From positions 215,720 to 279,719 of the forward strand of contig JBFMCP010000001.1 in the NCBI GenBank assembly GCA_040754455.1: a stretch of 64,000 nucleotides of DNA. Direction: 5' to 3'. This document shows positions 39,644-47,832 of the stretch, in pieces. Within the stretch, counting starts at the first letter, position 1. The number at the start of each line of letters is the position of its first letter. The translations under genes and the position numbers were made by a program. The notes under the pieces were generated by a model. The model was not told the origin of the DNA and did no database searches. It saw only the letters and a program-made list of their open reading frames with translations. The stretch comes from Nitrospirota bacterium (GTDB lineage Bacteria; Nitrospirota; Thermodesulfovibrionia; Thermodesulfovibrionales; Dissulfurispiraceae).

Positions 39644-40641
39644 TTGCACAGGATTTGAAAAAATATTTTCCGATCAAAGGCAAATTCGCCGAGAAGGACA
39701 AATGGCTGCGCGCTGTCGACGGCGTGAGCTTCGAGGTAAAAAAGGACAGTGTCTTTGCAATCGTCGGTGAAAGCGGTTCAGGCAAATCAACAGTGGCGCG
39801 CCTGATATTGAAACTTCTCCCTCTTACCGGTGGGAAGGTGCTCTTTGAAGGGAACGACATATCGGTGATCCGCGGTGATGCGTTGAGACAATTCAGGAGA
39901 TCGATGCAGGTCATCTTCCAGGATCCCTTCGCCTCGTTGAATCCCCGGATGAGGATCGTCGACACCCTCTCGGAGCCGCTCAAAATCCACAAGATCATTC
40001 CTCAACAGGAAATCAAGGAGCGGGTGATACAGCTCCTCGAAAAGGTCGGCCTGAACAGTGATGCCCTGAACAGATATCCCCATGAATTCAGCGGCGGCCA
40101 GCGCCAGCGAATATGCATTGCGCGGGCGCTCACGCTCTCCCCGAAGCTCATTGTCGCGGACGAGCCGCTTTCGGCCCTCGATGTCTCGATACAAGCCCAG
40201 ATACTGAACCTCTTCCAGGACATCAGGAAGGAATCGGCAATCTCCTTTATCTTCATCAGCCACGATCTGAGGGTCGTCCGCTATTTCAGCGATGAGGTGG
40301 CGGTCATGTATCTCGGAAAGATCGTCGAGCGGGCGAAGACCGAAGACCTTTTCCGGTCCCCGCAGCATCCCTACACCGAACTACTCCTTTCATCAGCACC
40401 GAAGATCAAATACCGTGATCGGTCATCAGTAATGCATAATCAGTTGAAAGAAAAAAAATCCTTACCGATCACTGCTCACTCATCACCCGTCACCGACGCC
40501 AAAGATGTGCCGAGCCCCATTGCCGTGCCTCCGGGCTGCCCCTTCCACCCGCGATGCCCCCGGAGAATCGATATCTGCGACAAGCAAGCGCCTGATCTCA
40601 AGGACCGCGGCGACCGCGACATCGCCTGCCACCTCGATTAG
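39613..40641 (+). CDS. dppF: Oligo/dipeptide ABC transporter ATP-binding protein with an in-frame repeat insertion
   Basis: RAVDGVSF, GESGSGKS, YPHEFSGGQRQR, PPGCPFHPRC. Confidence 0.9.
   Translation: MERYTKELLLVAQDLKKYFPIKGKFAEKDKWLRAVDGVSFEVKKDSVFAIVGESGSGKSTVARLILKLLPLTGGKVLFEGNDISVIRGDALRQFRRSMQVIFQDPFASLNPRMRIVDTLSEPLKIHKIIPQQEIKERVIQLLEKVGLNSDALNRYPHEFSGGQRQRICIARALTLSPKLIVADEPLSALDVSIQAQILNLFQDIRKESAISFIFISHDLRVVRYFSDEVAVMYLGKIVERAKTEDLFRSPQHPYTELLLSSAPKIKYRDRSSVMHNQLKEKKSLPITAHSSPVTDAKDVPSPIAVPPGCPFHPRCPRRIDICDKQAPDLKDRGDRDIACHLD
40414..40496. repeat. Heptamer tandem / inverted-arm element (GTAATGC family) inside dppF
   Basis: GTGATCG GTCATCA GTAATGC ATAATCA ... TTACCGA TCACTGC TCACTCA TCACCCG TCACCGA. 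Confidence 0.78.
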
Positions 40642-40646
40642 GGCAA

Positions 40647-40769
40647 AAGCACAAATCCTAAGCACGAAATCCGAAACAACGACAAGCGCTCAAAACGGTT
40701 TTTGAGTTTTAAGCATTTGTCTTGGAATTTTGAATCTGTTGAGAATTTAGAGTTGAGGATTTCGAGCTT
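40647..40769. repeat. Heptamer tandem / inverted-arm element (AAATCCG family) between convergent genes
   Basis: AAGCACA AATCCTA AGCACGA AATCCGA ... AGAATTT AGAGTTG AGGATTT CGAGCTT. Confidence 0.75.
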
Positions 40770-40774
40770 GCCGT

Positions 40775-41347
40775 TCAGAGGAGTGTTTCTATCTGCTGCA
40801 CGATCTCGGGATCGGTCCAGTCCTGCTCTCCGAAATACTTGTCGACAATAACGCCGTTCTTGTCGATGAGCAGCGAGGTGGGCACCATAAAAACTTTGTA
40901 GAGGGATTTCGATACCGAGAGATTGTAGTCCACCAGCACCGGGAAGTTCATGGGATGCTTCTTGATGAAGTCCTTGACATCCCCTACTGCCCTGTCGGTG
41001 GAGACCGCAAGGATGATGAACTTTTTGTTCTTCATCTGCTGGCTCAGCTTGTTCATCGAGGGGATCTCATCCCTGCAGGGAGGGCACCAGGTGGCCCAGA
41101 AATTGAGCAGCACGACTTTGCCCTTAAATGATGAGAGGGAGACCTGGTAACCATTAAGATCTTTCAACGTAAAATCCGGCGCCTTCTGGCCTGTCGTCTT
41201 CTCGATATCAAAGGGAGAGGGAGGAGCAGCAAGCACGACAGTATTCAGGAGCCAGAATCCAGCAACCAGGATAAAAGCAACAGCAAAAATTGTTTTCTTC
41301 TGGCTTCTGACTTCTGGCTTCTGACTTCTGTTAAATGAGCTTTGCAC
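40775..41347 (-). CDS. TlpA/ResA-family thiol-disulfide oxidoreductase
   Basis: APDFTLKDLNG, LNFWATWCPPC; N-terminal signal or anchor segment. Confidence 0.9.
   Translation of the reverse strand: MQSSFNRSQKPEVRSQKKTIFAVAFILVAGFWLLNTVVLAAPPSPFDIEKTTGQKAPDFTLKDLNGYQVSLSSFKGKVVLLNFWATWCPPCRDEIPSMNKLSQQMKNKKFIILAVSTDRAVGDVKDFIKKHPMNFPVLVDYNLSVSKSLYKVFMVPTSLLIDKNGVIVDKYFGEQDWTDPEIVQQIETLL
41243..41330. repeat. Heptamer tandem / inverted-arm element (AGAAGCC family) encoding the TlpA N-terminus
   Basis: TTCAGGA GCCAGAA TCCAGCA ACCAGGA ... TTCTGGC TTCTGAC TTCTGGC TTCTGAC. Confidence 0.8.
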
Positions 41348-42206
41348 TTTTCAGAACACCTTTCAGTTTATCCTTGTTCGCTGCCGACATCTCGCAGAGC
41401 GGGAGTTTGAATTCTTCCTCGATCTTCCCCATCAACGCAAGCGCCGTCTTCACCGGGATGGGGTTCGTTTCGATGAACATGGCGGCATTCAGGGGCTCGA
41501 GCTTGTAGTGCAGCTCTCTCGCCTTTGCAATGTCGCCGCGCTCCCAGGCGTTATACATTTCTGCAACATCCTTCGGGGCGACATTGGCCGTAACCGATAT
41601 GACGCCTTTGCCGCCGAGGGCGAGGAGCGGCAGCGTGGTAAAATCGTCACCCGAAATAACCGCCAGCCGGTCGCCGCAAAGCCGCAGCACCTCACTCACC
41701 TGCTTCATATCGCCGGTTGCCTCTTTTATGGCGACAATGCTCTCGCAGCATTCAGCGAGGCGTGCAACCGTAGCAGGGAGCATGTTCACCGCGGTCCTGC
41801 CGGGGACATTGTAGAGGACAATCGGGAGCTTCACGTTCTCGGCAATAAGCTTGTAGTGCCTGAACAGACCTTCCTGTGTCGGCTTATTATAGTAGGGAGT
41901 GACCAGCAGGGCGCCGTCGGCGCCGAGCTGCTTCGCCTTTTCGGTAAGGAGAATCGCCTCATCCGTTGCATTGGCGCCGGTGCCGGCGATGACAGGAATG
42001 CGTCTGTTTGCAGCCTTTATCGCCACCTCAATCACCCTGAAGTGCTCATCAAACCCAAGGGTCGAGGCCTCACCAGTAGTCCCGCAGGGGACGATGGCAT
42101 GCGTACCCTGGGCAATGTGCCACTCTATCAGATCACCATATGCTTTTTCATCAAATTTCCCGTTTTTGAACGGTGTTACGATTGCGACAATTGAACCCTT
42201 GAACAT
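41331..42206 (-). CDS. dapA: 4-hydroxy-tetrahydrodipicolinate synthase
   Basis: CGTTGEA, PYYNKPTQEG, LYNVPGRT, IKEATG, ETNPIPVK. Confidence 0.96.
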   Translation of the reverse strand: MFKGSIVAIVTPFKNGKFDEKAYGDLIEWHIAQGTHAIVPCGTTGEASTLGFDEHFRVIEVAIKAANRRIPVIAGTGANATDEAILLTEKAKQLGADGALLVTPYYNKPTQEGLFRHYKLIAENVKLPIVLYNVPGRTAVNMLPATVARLAECCESIVAIKEATGDMKQVSEVLRLCGDRLAVISGDDFTTLPLLALGGKGVISVTANVAPKDVAEMYNAWERGDIAKARELHYKLEPLNAAMFIETNPIPVKTALALMGKIEEEFKLPLCEMSAANKDKLKGVLKSAKLI

Positions 42207-42226
42207 GAATGCCTCCCCGTTACAGT

Positions 42227-43339
42227 TTAGATGAACATAAGTCCCGATCGGTATTTACCTTCTGTCTTATTGCTCCATATGACAACCGCACCTTTGAGCA
42301 TCGAGGGGTTGTCCTTCTTTTTGAAAACGATAATTTCTCCCGGCTTCAGCTCGCTGTCGGTGATGATGCCGATCCCCGATTCGCTGATATCGAGGCAGAT
42401 GCAGGAATACGTAGCGCCTTTCGGCTCGGACTTCTTGACGAATTCGAGCGCGGTCTGGCATGCCCTCCGGGGGTGTCGCCTGTTTTCGGTTTTCTTCTCT
42501 TCGAGGTTGGCAATCCTCCCTTCGAAAACCTCGGTCGCCGGGCCGGTCATATAAATGTGATCATGCTCGGGCCACTCAATGGCAAGATCACCGCCGCGGA
42601 GGTGGATCGTCACTCTCCGCTCGGTCAACCCCTTCACCATCGCTGCCGCTCCCACTGCTGAAGCACCGGTGCCGCAGGCCAGCGTCTCCCCTGCTCCCCG
42701 CTCCCAGACTCTCATGGTCAGCTCCCGCCGGTTTATTACATTCACGAATTCGACGTTCGTCTTGTTGGGGAAGAGGGGATGGCTCTCGATAGCAGGGCCG
42801 TAGACCGTTACAGGAAAATCAGCTATATTTTCATTGAGAAAAACAACGGCGTGGGGATTGCCCATAGAGATGCAGGTTATTCTGAACTCCCTGTCATTCA
42901 CCTTGAGAGGATAGTCGACGATAGGCGCTGCCGCCTTGATGTTGACCGGAATTTTTTCGGCTTCCAGGAGAGGCTCTCCCATATCCACGCGCACCAATTC
43001 TCCCACTCGCTGGGGCCTGATGATCCCGGCAAGGGTATCGATCTTGAGGGTATCTTTGTTGGAGAGCCCCTTGTCCCAGACGTACTTTGCGAGGCACCTG
43101 ATGCCGTTGCCGCACATCTCCACCTCGCTGCCGTCGGCATTGAAGATCTTCATCTTGAAGTCGGCAGCATTTGAATTGAGCAGCAGCAAGAGCTGGTCGG
43201 CGCCGACGCCGAAGCGCCGGTCGCAGAGCCTCTTCGCGAGCTCGGTCATGGTAAAGCGGCTCGAAAGATCCATGTCTCTGGAGTCGATGAGGACAAAATC
43301 ATTGCCGAGGCCGTGCATTTTGGTGAAGGTCAATTCCAT
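42227..43339 (-). CDS. dapF: Diaminopimelate epimerase fused to a C-terminal PilZ domain
   Basis: KMHGLGNDF, EMCGNG, MGNPH, ERGAGETLACGTG; extra ~90 aa with RRHPR and DISESG. Confidence 0.92.
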   Translation of the reverse strand: MELTFTKMHGLGNDFVLIDSRDMDLSSRFTMTELAKRLCDRRFGVGADQLLLLLNSNAADFKMKIFNADGSEVEMCGNGIRCLAKYVWDKGLSNKDTLKIDTLAGIIRPQRVGELVRVDMGEPLLEAEKIPVNIKAAAPIVDYPLKVNDREFRITCISMGNPHAVVFLNENIADFPVTVYGPAIESHPLFPNKTNVEFVNVINRRELTMRVWERGAGETLACGTGASAVGAAAMVKGLTERRVTIHLRGGDLAIEWPEHDHIYMTGPATEVFEGRIANLEEKKTENRRHPRRACQTALEFVKKSEPKGATYSCICLDISESGIGIITDSELKPGEIIVFKKKDNPSMLKGAVVIWSNKTEGKYRSGLMFI

Positions 43340-43345
43340 AATTCT

Positions 43346-44599
43346 TTAGAGCAACTTGGGAATGATTTCGCCTCTTATGAGGTCATTGTATGTCTCTCTT
43401 TTCCTAATGGTAGCATATTTCTTTCCCTTGACCAATACTTCTTCGGCCCTGGGACGGCTGTTGTAGTTCGATGCCATCGTAAAGCCATAGGCTCCCGCAC
43501 TCATCACTGCGAGGAACTCGCCCTGCTGGACGCTCTGGATCTCCCTGTCCTTGGCAAGGAAGTCGCCCGATTCGCAAATGGGACCGACCACGTCGCCAAA
43601 AATCGTATCCTTCCTGTTTTTCAGCACCGGCTGGATGTGGTGGTAGGCATTGTAGATCGAGGGCCGTATGAGGTCGTTCATTCCGGCATCGACAATGATG
43701 AAATCCTTGTCCTCTCCCTTCTTAAGGTAGAGCACCTTGGTGACGAGTATCCCCGCATTGCCGACAATCGACCTGCCCGGCTCGAGAACAAGTGTGACCT
43801 TTCTCCCCTTGACCAGAGGCAGGATACTCTTCGCCAGCTGCGAGGGGATCGGCGGTGTCTCATCGTAATAGGTAATGCCGAGGCCGCCGCCGATATCGAG
43901 ATAGCTGATCTCGATGCCCTGTTTGGTCAGGTCATCAATAAGCGAGAGAATCCTCTTCAGCGCATCGACAAAGGGCGACACCTTGGTGAGCTGCGAGCCG
44001 ATGTGCTTATGGATTCCTACTATCGTGATATTCTTCAGACCCTGAGCAAGTTTGTAGTATTCAAGGGCGTTCTCTATGGGAAGTCCGAATTTGTGTTTCT
44101 TCAGTCCTGTCGAGATATAGGGATGGGTCATGGGATCGATGTCGGGATTGATGCGCAGGGCGACAGGGGCCTTCACCTTCATCTTCCCGGCGATCCGGTC
44201 GATCACCCGCAGCTCGTCCTCGGACTCGACGTTGAACATCAGGATTTTGCTCTTGAGGGCGTACTTTATCTCTTCCTCGGTCTTTCCCACGCCGGCATAG
44301 ACGATCTTTTTGGCGGGGATACCGGATTTCAGCGCCCTGAAAAGCTCCCCGCCGGAGACGACATCAGCACCGCCGCCCATTTTCGAAAAGAGCTTGAGTA
44401 CGGCAGTATTGGAATTGGCCTTGAGGGCGAAACAGGTGATATGGGGGAAGCCGCTGAAGGCCTCTTCATAGGCCTTGAAATGGCGGACGAGGGTATTGTA
44501 GCTATAGATATAAACAGGGGTCCCGACCTTTGCCGCTATTTCGCGTACCGGTACATCTTCTGCATACAACTCGCCGTTCCTGTAGTTGAAAAGATGCAT
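43346..44599 (-). CDS. lysA: Diaminopimelate decarboxylase
   Basis: FALKANSN, DVVSGGE, HKHIGSQ, EPGRSI, GPICESGD, GAYGFTMASNYNSR. Confidence 0.96.
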   Translation of the reverse strand: MHLFNYRNGELYAEDVPVREIAAKVGTPVYIYSYNTLVRHFKAYEEAFSGFPHITCFALKANSNTAVLKLFSKMGGGADVVSGGELFRALKSGIPAKKIVYAGVGKTEEEIKYALKSKILMFNVESEDELRVIDRIAGKMKVKAPVALRINPDIDPMTHPYISTGLKKHKFGLPIENALEYYKLAQGLKNITIVGIHKHIGSQLTKVSPFVDALKRILSLIDDLTKQGIEISYLDIGGGLGITYYDETPPIPSQLAKSILPLVKGRKVTLVLEPGRSIVGNAGILVTKVLYLKKGEDKDFIIVDAGMNDLIRPSIYNAYHHIQPVLKNRKDTIFGDVVGPICESGDFLAKDREIQSVQQGEFLAVMSAGAYGFTMASNYNSRPRAEEVLVKGKKYATIRKRETYNDLIRGEIIPKLL

Positions 44600-44695
44600 A
44601 CGATCCCCTCTCTGACCCCTTATTTGTTTGATTTTTTATCTGTTTTTTTACCATAATAATCAGGATAAAGTCAAAGAAATTGAACAAAAACAGTG

Positions 44696-44789
44696 AGAAT
44701 TCAGAATTCAGAGGCCAGAAGCCAGAATAAAACTCAAAAGAAAAGATGTTGTTTTTCTTGCAGGTTCTGACTCCTGACGTCTGAATTCT
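44696..44789. repeat. Heptamer tandem / inverted-arm element (AGAAGCC family)
   Basis: AGAATTC AGAATTC AGAGGCC AGAAGCC ... TTCTGAC TCCTGAC GTCTGAA TTCT. Confidence 0.8.
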
Positions 44790-44808
44790 TAAGAAAAGAG
44801 AGGAAGAA

Positions 44809-46746
44809 ATGGGAAAAAATATTGTCCAGAAGATATTTGAAGCACATAAGGCGTACGGCGATACGACTCCTGGAGGCACGATAGGCCTTAACGTTGACCA
44901 GGTGTACACCCAGGACGCCACCGGCACCATGGCCTGGCTCGAGTTCGAGGCCATAGGCATCGACAGGGTAAAAGTGCCGCTTGCAGTCTCGTATGTCGAC
45001 CACAACATGCTCCAGTCGAACTTCATGAACGCCGACGACCACCTCTTCCTCCAGACGGCTGCCCGGAAATTCGGCGCTTATTTTTCCAAGCCGGGTAACG
45101 GGATATGCCACCAGGTCCACCTTGAACGATTTGCAGCGCCCGGCAAGATCGCCCTCGGCACCGACAGCCACACCCCGACCGGCGGCGGCATGGGCATGAT
45201 CGCCATTGGGGTGGGCGGACTCGAAGCCGCCACGGTCATGGCAGGTGCACCTTTTGAAATCACCATGCCGAAAGTCGTGCAGGTAAAGCTGACCGGCACG
45301 CTGCAAAGGCCCTACGTTACGGCAATGGATGTCATTCTCACGCTTCTCAGAATGCTCACGGTGAAAGGCGGCGTCGGAAAGATCATCGAATACGGCGGTC
45401 CTGGTGTAAGCGACCTAAATGTTACCGAGAGGGCGACCATCACCAACATGGGCGCCGAGCTGGGTGCAACGACCTCGATCTTCCCCAGCGATAAGCGCAC
45501 CCTCGCCTTTTTGAAGGCAGAAGGCAGGGAAAAGGACTGGGTTGAACTAAAAGCGGACAAAGGAGCGGAGTATGCTGAGGTCATTGTGCTCGACCTGGGC
45601 AGCATCGAGCCTATGATCGCCCAGCCGCACAGCCCGGACAATGTGGTTCCTATCCGCGAGATAGCAGGGAAAAAGGTAAATCAGGTCTGTATCGGGAGCT
45701 GCACCAATTCGTCCTACCAGGCGATGAGCACGGTTGCTTCGATTCTGAAGGGCAGGACCATCCCGGCCTGGGTGAATCTCCTGATCAACCCCGGTTCAAA
45801 GCAGGTCTATGAAATGCTCTCCCGGAAGGGATTGACAGCTGATATGATCGCTGCCGGGGCGCGGATCCTCGAATCCTCCTGCGGTCCCTGCATCGGGATG
45901 GGAGGCGCCCCGGGGTCGGGACACGTTTCCATTCGTTCGTATAACAGAAACTTCCAAGGCAGATCCGGCACCAAGGATGCGCTCGTTTACCTCACCAACC
46001 CTATTGCATGCGCAGTTATGGCAGTGCGAGGCGAGATCATTGATCCGAGAGACGCGGGCATCGCTGTAGAAACTGCGAAAGAGCCGAAACAGTTTCATCT
46101 TAATGACAACCTCCTCATTCCTCCCCTTGCAGACACAAAAGATATCACCATCATAAAAGGCCCGAACATAAAAGAGGTGCCGGTCAAAGAGCCGCTCAGG
46201 GAAACGATTGCGGCAGAGGTACTGCTCAAGCTCGGCAACAACATAACAACCGACGACATCATGCCGGCAGGCTCGAAGGTGCTTCCTTTCCGGTCGAATA
46301 TCCCGGCCATTTCAGAGTTCGTCTTCGAGAATATCGACAAGAGCTTCAGCAGCCGCGCCCAGACAGCAAAGTCCAGCGGCGGCGGTATTGTTGTCGGAGG
46401 AGAGAACTACGGGCAGGGCTCATCGCGTGAGCACGCGGCCCTCGCCCCGATGTACCTCGGACTGCAGGCGGTCATCGCCAAGTCTTTTGCGAGGATCCAC
46501 AGAGCGAATTTGATCAATTTCGGCATCCTGCCCCTGCTCTTCACGTCAGAGGCCGATTATGATAGGATTGAGAAGGGGGACAGGCTTGTTATAAAGAATA
46601 TACCCGATGCCCTCAGAAACAGCCGGCCCCTCACGGTCGAAAATACGACGAAGGGGTTTATCTTCGAGGTCCTCGCCAATCTGAATGACCGCGAAAGAGA
46701 GTTGATCATCAAAGGAGGCCTCCTGCCCCATACCAAGAGCAGGTAG
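44809..46746 (+). CDS. acnA: Aconitate hydratase (short, ~650-aa bacterial/archaeal type)
   Basis: QDATGTMA, GICHQ, DSHT, IGSCTN, CGPCIG, NRNF, NYGQGSSREHA. Confidence 0.88.
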   Translation: MGKNIVQKIFEAHKAYGDTTPGGTIGLNVDQVYTQDATGTMAWLEFEAIGIDRVKVPLAVSYVDHNMLQSNFMNADDHLFLQTAARKFGAYFSKPGNGICHQVHLERFAAPGKIALGTDSHTPTGGGMGMIAIGVGGLEAATVMAGAPFEITMPKVVQVKLTGTLQRPYVTAMDVILTLLRMLTVKGGVGKIIEYGGPGVSDLNVTERATITNMGAELGATTSIFPSDKRTLAFLKAEGREKDWVELKADKGAEYAEVIVLDLGSIEPMIAQPHSPDNVVPIREIAGKKVNQVCIGSCTNSSYQAMSTVASILKGRTIPAWVNLLINPGSKQVYEMLSRKGLTADMIAAGARILESSCGPCIGMGGAPGSGHVSIRSYNRNFQGRSGTKDALVYLTNPIACAVMAVRGEIIDPRDAGIAVETAKEPKQFHLNDNLLIPPLADTKDITIIKGPNIKEVPVKEPLRETIAAEVLLKLGNNITTDDIMPAGSKVLPFRSNIPAISEFVFENIDKSFSSRAQTAKSSGGGIVVGGENYGQGSSREHAALAPMYLGLQAVIAKSFARIHRANLINFGILPLLFTSEADYDRIEKGDRLVIKNIPDALRNSRPLTVENTTKGFIFEVLANLNDRERELIIKGGLLPHTKSR

Positions 46747-46837
46747 AGGGTTGTTAACAGCCGCTTCTTGTTGACAAAAAGCAGCTGTTAATAGTAAATT
46801 ATTTATTCGAATTTTCAATGAGGGAGTTCCCTCTTGA

Positions 46838-46910
46838 GGGCCGCTAGCTCAGCTGGTAGAGCAACGCCCTTTTAAGGCGTGGGTCGTTGGTTCGAATCCA
46901 ACGCGGCTCA
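46838..46910 (+). tRNA. tRNA-Lys(TTT); CCA not encoded
   Basis: Cloverleaf GGGCCGC/GCGGCTC, anticodon arm ACGCC-CTTTTAA-GGCGT, T loop GGTTCGAATCC. Confidence 0.95.
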
Positions 46911-46918
46911 TTTAAAGA

Positions 46919-46994
46919 CCGTAATGAGTAACGCGTGATGCGTGATGAGATAAAAGGGTTTAACTCGTTACTGATCACTGATTGCGCATCACGG
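46919..46994. repeat. Heptamer tandem / inverted-arm element (GTAATGC family) forming the tRNA spacer
   Basis: GTAATGA GTAACGC GTGATGC GTGATGA ... TTACTGA TCACTGA TTGCGCA TCACGG. Confidence 0.8.
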
Positions 46995-47002
46995 CCGCTG
47001 AT

Positions 47003-47077
47003 GTCCCCATCGTCTAGCCCGGCCTAGGACATCGCCCTTTCACGGCGGTAACTGGGGTTCGAATCCCCATGGGGACG
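47003..47077 (+). tRNA. tRNA-Glu(TTC); CCA not encoded
   Basis: GTCCCCA/TGGGGAC acceptor stem, TCGCC-CTTTCAC-GGCGG anticodon arm, GGTTCGAATCC. Confidence 0.95.
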
Positions 47078-47088
47078 CTCTTTAAATC

Positions 47089-47119
47089 AAGGGGTTGCGG
47101 AAGCAACCCCTTTTTCTTT
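47089..47119 (+). terminator. Intrinsic terminator after the tRNAs (possibly bidirectional)
   Basis: AAGGGGTTGC-GGAA-GCAACCCCTT plus T tract. Confidence 0.85.
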
Positions 47120-47434
47120 GGTCACACTCCGCTCATCACATTCCAGATAACCATCGCTGTTGTAAACTTTTTCCACATTCCTGTCCCTTTGATTTACAGC
47201 ATATCGGCGGCTCCCCCGCCCGCAACAGGAACTTTTCCTTGGATTGTGTCGAGAGTTTTTACATCATAATGATCACATGCAGCAAAAGATAGAAGTTACA
47301 CCATTACATTTCAATCGGTTATAGAAATGGCATAAAAATTGAATAAAAGCTCTCAGATTCCCTTATGCAATCAGTCGGCGATAGAAGAAGCTTGTTCCCT
47401 TAGCACCTTCTCCCGGGCAATCTCCTTGTCCTCG

Positions 47435-47462
47435 TTGACACAAGGAGAAACTGTGATACACT
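47435..47462 (+). promoter_or_regulatory. Sigma70-like promoter of the 108-aa orphan gene
   Basis: TTGACA-N16-TACACT with TG extension. Confidence 0.5.
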
Positions 47463-47495
47463 TTACCTTAACAACCGCAAAACAAAGAGGTAGCT

Positions 47496-47822
47496 ATGGA
47501 AAAGGCAGACATTGAATTCCTGCAGAAAGTAATGGAGCAGATCAGCCAGTCGGCATTCGAGTTCAGCAAGGCGATTCTTCCCGTCCTCCAGAAGTTCAGA
47601 GATGAAATGACCGGCTATTACAAAACAATCTATCCTATCCTGCGCAAGGAATATGAGACCGCAGGGTGCCCCTATGGTTTGGACGATGAGAGCATGTGGA
47701 GCTGGCTGAAGGGTAAGGCAGGCACCCTGCCACAGGAAGACCTAGACCTGCCCGATACGGAAGAGCTTTGGGTCAATGATGTACTGAAGCTCCGGGAGTA
47801 CATGAACAGCAGAGTCAATTAG
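47496..47822 (+). CDS. Hypothetical protein (108 aa)
   Basis: SD GAGG, own promoter, protein-like composition; no family recognised. Confidence 0.7.
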   Translation: MEKADIEFLQKVMEQISQSAFEFSKAILPVLQKFRDEMTGYYKTIYPILRKEYETAGCPYGLDDESMWSWLKGKAGTLPQEDLDLPDTEELWVNDVLKLREYMNSRVN

Positions 47823-47832
47823 GCAAGGCCGT

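Noticed and set aside
43313..44656. Long antisense ORFs (447 aa opposite lysA; also 18785-20029, 12788-14041, 56263-57051 and others)
   Set aside because: They mirror well-supported genes on the other strand and have no recognisable motifs; typical shadow ORFs of GC-biased codon usage.
16781..46994. Repeat clusters as CRISPR arrays
   Set aside because: Units are 7-9 nt, tandem and degenerate, with no unique spacers and no cas genes.
46838..47500. Integrative element at the tRNAs
   Set aside because: No integrase and no duplicated tRNA 3' end noticed in the window.
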